From: Candidatus Latescibacterota bacterium
GTDB taxonomy: Bacteria; Latescibacterota; UBA2968; UBA8231
Length of the DNA stretch: 64,000 nucleotides
Reading direction: 5' to 3'
Assembly: GCA_965261395.1 (NCBI GenBank)
Contig: OZ253462.1
Span: 2,880,001-2,944,000, forward strand
The position numbers were made by a program, and so were the translations under genes. The notes under the pieces are model-generated. The model was not told the origin of the DNA, did not search any database, and saw only the letters and a program-made list of their open reading frames with translations. Shown here piece by piece: positions 59,187 to 64,000 of the stretch; the stretch's first letter is position 1, and each line of letters begins with the position of its first letter.

Positions 59187-61043
59187 CTAGCGCAAAAAGA
59201 GCAACTTGCGCGTCAATTCCACTCCTTCGGTTTCTAAACGATAAAGATACACGCCGCTGGCCACGACTTGGCCGCTGTGGTCGCGGCCATCCCAAGCGAC
59301 TTCGCCGTATCCGGCTGCGACCGGGCCGATGGTGAGGGTGCGTACCTTCTGTCCGTGGAGATTGTAGATGTGTAGGGCGGCGGGCGCGGAGTCGGGCGCG
59401 ATAAAGGGCAAGATCGTGCCCGCATTGAAGGGGTTGGGGTAGTTGGGCAAGAGGGACCAGCTAGCCGGAGTGGGGCCGGCGGTAGCTTCTATGGCCGTGG
59501 GGAGGGAGCGGATGACCTGCGGCGGGCCGGAGGTGGTTAGCTGCTCGACGACCGCGGCGGCTGGCACACCGACGGGCACGCGGCGCGGGTCGCCAAACGC
59601 GGTAAACGGAAGCGTGCGGAATTCGCGGTCGTCGGCCAACGTGAGGACTAACTCCCATTCTTCGAGCGGAGTCGTCTCCGGGTCGGCGCAATCCCAATAG
59701 GCGTCAGCAGAATGGACGTTGCTCACTTCGGGCAGGTCGGGATTGTAGGCGAACATGGGGTCGAGGGTCATCTCGTCGGCTGAGAGCGTGGTATAGAGCC
59801 GGGTGAGGTACGGCTTTGCTGCGAATACCTCCTGCACCTGTGTCAACGGCTCGACCACGATGCGCTGCAAGTCGTCGGCAAAGGCATTGGCGTCAAAGGC
59901 GAGGTCCGTGAGATAGCTTTCGTAGGTGCGCATGTTGCTGTAGAAAGAGCTTTCGGCTGTGTTTTGGAGCCAGCCTCCCTCCCGCGCTTGCTCATAGGCT
60001 TCGCGGTCGCCGGCAAACACCACTTCGAGCACGCCTTCTGTGAGCACGGCCGGCGGCATGGGGATGTGGCGGCGGATCAGGGTTTGCATCTGTGCGTCGT
60101 TGGGGAAACCCTGCGCTCGGGTGGCGGCGAGGAAGTCGGCGGGGTGATCCTGCTGGCGCAATTTATCTATATCAAAGGTAGCAAAGAAAAAGTTGCCGAC
60201 GACTTCGCTGGAGCCGGCGTACTCCGTGACAAAGGCTTGGCCCCCGGCCTCGTTGGCCGCCTGCGTGACGACACTTTGGTAGTTGAAGCCGCCGAAGAAC
60301 CAATTGATGGCTGCTTTGTTGATCTGCACGTGCCGGTAGTTGGTGGGGACGGCGCGGTGCTCGCCCAAGATGTATGTGAGGATGCCTAGGTCCGGCTCGG
60401 TGGCTACGGCGGTGAGGCGAATGGGGATGCCGGGCACTTCGGCCGCATAGGTTAGGGCGATGGGTTGCAGGTCGCCGACATCGCGGTCTGGCGCGAGTTT
60501 AAGTGCCAAGAAGTAGAAGCCCTCTTCCACATAGGGCGTCAAAAGCTCGACTCCGAGATCGCCGAGCTGGTAGCCGTTGTCCACGAGCCAAGAGATGACG
60601 GCTTTGGCATCGTCAGAGGAAATGACTGCGGTGTCGTAGGGGCCGACGCGCTCCTCGGAGGCGATATCCACATTATATCTAGGGCCCACTGAGGGTCCTT
60701 CGGTGGTAAACGCAATGGGTGGGAACCCACAGCTAACGTCCTCTTGGAAATTTAACTGGAACGAGAGCTGAGTCGCACGCTGCAACTGGGTGAAAATCTG
60801 GTTGTGGCTGACGGCGAGTTCGGGCACCGTCGGCACTGGAAGTATCCACGCAAAGTCCGCGGCCGTGCCGCTGTACAGGATCTGGACGTGGGTAGTGACC
60901 GTGCCTTCCCCTTGGATGAAGAGGATGTTTTCGGCGACTTGATTCATGGGAACCGTGGTGCAGAAGAAGCCGCCGCAGGCGCGGGCCGCTGGGATACTGA
61001 GCGCGAGGGAGCAGAACGTGGCAAGTAGTAGTTTAGCGGTCAT
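59187..61043 (-). CDS. DUF2330 domain protein with C-terminal FlgD-Ig/T9SS-like sorting domain
   Basis: ACGGFFC, FAWILPVP, YFLALKL, YLTRLYTTLS; LLPNYPNPFN...WDGRD..G..VASGVY. Confidence 0.88.
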   Translation of the reverse strand: MTAKLLLATFCSLALSIPAARACGGFFCTTVPMNQVAENILFIQGEGTVTTHVQILYSGTAADFAWILPVPTVPELAVSHNQIFTQLQRATQLSFQLNFQEDVSCGFPPIAFTTEGPSVGPRYNVDIASEERVGPYDTAVISSDDAKAVISWLVDNGYQLGDLGVELLTPYVEEGFYFLALKLAPDRDVGDLQPIALTYAAEVPGIPIRLTAVATEPDLGILTYILGEHRAVPTNYRHVQINKAAINWFFGGFNYQSVVTQAANEAGGQAFVTEYAGSSEVVGNFFFATFDIDKLRQQDHPADFLAATRAQGFPNDAQMQTLIRRHIPMPPAVLTEGVLEVVFAGDREAYEQAREGGWLQNTAESSFYSNMRTYESYLTDLAFDANAFADDLQRIVVEPLTQVQEVFAAKPYLTRLYTTLSADEMTLDPMFAYNPDLPEVSNVHSADAYWDCADPETTPLEEWELVLTLADDREFRTLPFTAFGDPRRVPVGVPAAAVVEQLTTSGPPQVIRSLPTAIEATAGPTPASWSLLPNYPNPFNAGTILPFIAPDSAPAALHIYNLHGQKVRTLTIGPVAAGYGEVAWDGRDHSGQVVASGVYLYRLETEGVELTRKLLFLR

Positions 61044-61127
61044 GTTGGCTCTCCTTGGGTGAATGGGGATTGGGGCCCCTTGTCGAGAAGGGTAACGAAT
61101 ACCCTTTCAGGTACAACGTGCGCCGGC

Positions 61128-62816
61128 CTAATACGACCGCGTCGTCCGCCCCAACTCCTCGGCCTCAATCCACTTCCGCAATACAGCACCAGAGCGCGCC
61201 AGCAACGCTCGATAGGGTCGCCCCAACGCCTTGTTTTTTGGGTTTCTTCCCGACTGCCGTGGCACGGCGTTGAACCGTCCCCGCACTTCGACGATGTTGC
61301 GGCTCGGATTGTGCATGGCGATCGTCAATACCCGGGCGCTGTGACCCTCCGCATCGACCTGCATGGACCACACCGACTTGCTGCCCCGTCGGCAGTTGGA
61401 CACATAGGAGGCGACGCAGTGGTTCATCGCCCGTCCCTCGAGCGTGAGCTCTTTCTTGGAATTAAGCTCGCGGATGGTCCAGCGCAGCCCTTCTTCTTTG
61501 TCGTCCAGCCACTCAAAGTTAGCTATGCCCGACCCTTCCCAACTCCCTGAGGGCTGGCGGTTATCGCGGGCTAAGCGCTCGTGCCACTCCTCAACTTGGC
61601 GCAGGAGCTTAACCGCGCTGCGGCCCTTCATGGTGTAGCTGGGTTGCGGCGGCTCGCCCTCCTCTGTGGGGACGTACTTCTGGTGGTTTATATAATCGAC
61701 GATGGGCCCCACCATATCCGGGTCGAGCATGGGGTTTTCCACGAAAAAGAATACGACCGTGCTCCAGAAGGATTCATCGGCAAAACTGCGCCCCAATTCC
61801 GTGGCTATCACGGCCTGGGCTAGCACCTCGCTGCCTTCCTGACCCACCACTTGCGCCCAGCGCAGGGCTTCGGTCGCCGTTAGGTCGCCCGGTGCCTCGG
61901 TAAAGACGTGCGCCATGCGCTTGGAGAGCACCAGCGGCAGGTCTGCCGTGCGGATGTTTTGTCCGCTGCCCACGTGGATGAACCACCCTTGCTGACGTTG
62001 GGCTTCTGGCTCCCAGCCGCCGAACCACACCGAATCCAAGCAGGCCGGCACGTCGTAGCGGGCCAATAAAAACCGCGTCAGCGAGGCGAATTGCCGCCGG
62101 GGGTTGCGGCTGTCTGGCTTCCACTCGGCCGGTGACTGCTGCCAAGCGTTGCTGTGTCGCGCCAACGCGCCGAGGGCCTCGACGAAGGTATTGCCCTCCA
62201 CCCGCCCCAAGCGCTGGAGGGTTGGCCGCGCGTCGAGCAGGTCGGGTGCCCGCTTCTCTACGTGCAGGAGCAAATCCCGTAGCTGTGCCCGCTGGTCGCC
62301 CGCCAATCCGGCAAAGGCCCGATGGATCAGGCGCAAAACCTCGGTGCGCAGCTCTTCCTCGGCGATGGCTCCGGCCCAGAGCTGGTGGACGATGTCTTTG
62401 GTGCGCCGGCTGTGCTTGCGGCCCGCGTGCAGGACTTGGGTGCTCTGGATCTGCTGGTGGAGCTTGAGTTCCTTGCTGCGCTGAGCGTCGCTTTTGTGGA
62501 TGGCGTCGCCGAGTCCCTGTTGCCGACACCATGTCTGATATGCGGCCATCCCGTCTAACCCTAGTTGCGCGACGTGTTGCTGAAAGGCACCTTCGGCTTG
62601 GGCGGCTTGTTGGTCGCGCTGGTGCGCCGCGCGCTCTTGTCGCCGCTCTTGCCAAGTCTTGCTCAGGGCCGCGCTAAATCCGTGTTGGCGGCACCAGACC
62701 TTATAGGCTTCAATGGCCTCTAGGCCCAGCGATTCCATGTGCGCGCCCAACTCGGCATTGGCGCGCGCGGTGGCACCCCGGCGTCGGCTCTTTTTGCGCT
62801 TGAGTTGTTTAGCCAT
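61128..62816 (-). CDS. PcfJ domain-containing protein
   Basis: RQVEEWH, IRELNSKKELTLEGRAMNHCVASY; start reassigned to MAKQL. Confidence 0.82.
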   Translation of the reverse strand: MAKQLKRKKSRRRGATARANAELGAHMESLGLEAIEAYKVWCRQHGFSAALSKTWQERRQERAAHQRDQQAAQAEGAFQQHVAQLGLDGMAAYQTWCRQQGLGDAIHKSDAQRSKELKLHQQIQSTQVLHAGRKHSRRTKDIVHQLWAGAIAEEELRTEVLRLIHRAFAGLAGDQRAQLRDLLLHVEKRAPDLLDARPTLQRLGRVEGNTFVEALGALARHSNAWQQSPAEWKPDSRNPRRQFASLTRFLLARYDVPACLDSVWFGGWEPEAQRQQGWFIHVGSGQNIRTADLPLVLSKRMAHVFTEAPGDLTATEALRWAQVVGQEGSEVLAQAVIATELGRSFADESFWSTVVFFFVENPMLDPDMVGPIVDYINHQKYVPTEEGEPPQPSYTMKGRSAVKLLRQVEEWHERLARDNRQPSGSWEGSGIANFEWLDDKEEGLRWTIRELNSKKELTLEGRAMNHCVASYVSNCRRGSKSVWSMQVDAEGHSARVLTIAMHNPSRNIVEVRGRFNAVPRQSGRNPKNKALGRPYRALLARSGAVLRKWIEAEELGRTTRSY

Positions 62817-63780
62817 TTTGCAAAATCCGCGCCAAGTGATCGGCGGGTGCGTTTCCGCCGCTGAGGATGCCAACTACTTTCTTGCCGGCCAAGGACTCGC
62901 GAATCTTCAGGGCCGCGGCTAATGATGCGGCTCCGGCTCCTTCGGCCACTAGCTTGGCCTCGCGTGCCAACAGGCCAATAGCCGCGTCGATCTCTTCGTC
63001 CGTCACTAGTTCAAACCGATCTACCAACTCCCACATCATGCGCGTGGGCATCTCAAAGGTCACCCGCGTCGCCAGCCCTTCGTGTTGAGTAGTCATCGGT
63101 GCGACTACATCGAGCCGCCGCTGTTGCCAAGCCTGGTAGCAGGCCGGGGCACCCTCTGTCTGCACGCCGATGATCTCGACGGCCGGGTTCAAGTGGCGCG
63201 CGACGAGCGCGTTGCCGCAAATCCCGCTGCCAGCGCCCACGGGCACGATCAGCGCTTCTACGTCGGGCAGAGCGGCAAAAGTCTCCAAGCCCATGGTGCC
63301 TACGCCAGCGATAAGCAACGGCTCGTTGGCTGAATGCACGTAGCGGTAGCCTTCGCCCTGCGCCACGCGCTCGACTTCCTCTCTCGCCTCGTCGAAGTCG
63401 CGGCCGAAGAGCCGGACTTCGGCACCGAGGGCGCGCATGGCCGCGACTTTGGCCGGGTTGCTGGCACGTTCCGGCCCGTAGATAACCACCGGCACGCCAA
63501 AGATCCTGCCGGCGTAGGCCAGCGACTGGCCGTGATTGCCGGTGCTGGCGCTGATGACGCCTCGCTGTCGCTCCGAGGCGTCTAAACGCCCGAGCAGATT
63601 GACGCCGCCGCGGACCTTAAAGGCCCCGGTAGGCTGCAAGTTTTCGCACTTGGCATAGTACTGGCAGCCCAGCAGTTGCGACAACTTCCAGCAATGGACC
63701 AGCGGCGTCGGCGCGAGATGCGCTCCGACTAGGCCTTGTGCCGCTTCTACGTCGGCGAACGCAGGTAGATTTGCAGTCAT
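62809..63780 (-). CDS. threonine/serine dehydratase (PLP fold II, no regulatory domain)
   Basis: KCENLQPTGAFKVRG, ASTGNHGQ, VPVGAGSG, LSGGN; start reassigned to MTANL. Confidence 0.92.
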   Translation of the reverse strand: MTANLPAFADVEAAQGLVGAHLAPTPLVHCWKLSQLLGCQYYAKCENLQPTGAFKVRGGVNLLGRLDASERQRGVISASTGNHGQSLAYAGRIFGVPVVIYGPERASNPAKVAAMRALGAEVRLFGRDFDEAREEVERVAQGEGYRYVHSANEPLLIAGVGTMGLETFAALPDVEALIVPVGAGSGICGNALVARHLNPAVEIIGVQTEGAPACYQAWQQRRLDVVAPMTTQHEGLATRVTFEMPTRMMWELVDRFELVTDEEIDAAIGLLAREAKLVAEGAGAASLAAALKIRESLAGKKVVGILSGGNAPADHLARILQNG

Positions 63781-63923
63781 AATCGCTCCTAGGGTAAAAA
63801 AACCTAGCCCGCAAGCTACACTGTAGCAAGTAGAGGCCGCCCTATACAGGCATAGCAACTAGTTGCCCTAATCCTGCTCTCTTGCTATGCTCCCCACACT
63901 TGCTACGAAGGGAGGGGTAGCGC

Positions 63924-64000
63924 GTGAGCAACGAAGTTTGGGGGCTGGTATTGACGGCGGCAGTCGGGCACGCCTTGTGGAACTTTGCCGCCCGCAAAGC
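63924..64000 (+). CDS. probable EamA/DMT family transporter, 3'-truncated by window edge
   Basis: GGAGG RBS, GTG-SNEVWGLVLTAAVGHALWNFAARK (HAxWN motif). Confidence 0.65.
   Translation, partial: MSNEVWGLVLTAAVGHALWNFAARK

Overview
GC-rich bacterial window. The gene content (several phytanoyl-CoA dioxygenases, enolase-superfamily enzymes, Zn-dehydrogenases, a protein ending in an LxxNYPNPFN Ig-like sorting domain) resembles Latescibacterota/Gemmatimonadota-type genomes; this is an inference only. 1-23.9 kb: a helicase-exonuclease fusion, catabolic and redox genes, msrB, a lone ABC-ATPase/Toprim gene, amtB with a complete partner-switching signalling set, and a glutamate decarboxylase. 23.9-32 kb: an MlrC peptidase and an apparently eroded type I R-M locus. 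32-36 kb: a porin/imelysin/di-heme iron-uptake trio, followed by glnD. 38.8-59.1 kb: a ~20 kb integrase-less defence island built from three interlocking families of direct repeats (MNT-HEPN 752 bp x2, antitoxin 5' end 118 bp x2, cupin 3' end ~170-190 bp x3). These bracket three large candidate immune cargos: a nuclease-STAND (Avs-like) protein carrying an in-frame 123-bp MITE, a DSR1-like sirtuin split by an intact IS5-family element with related ends, and a tandem ATPase + ATPase-wHTH-hypervariable-TPR pair. Many short stubs of donor-neighbour genes (hsdM 3', hsdS 5', HEPN 5', AAA 5', mazE 3', sugar-SBP 5', xdhB 3') lie next to the cargos. No rRNA, tRNA or CRISPR array was seen. All family assignments come from motif recognition by eye, not database searches.
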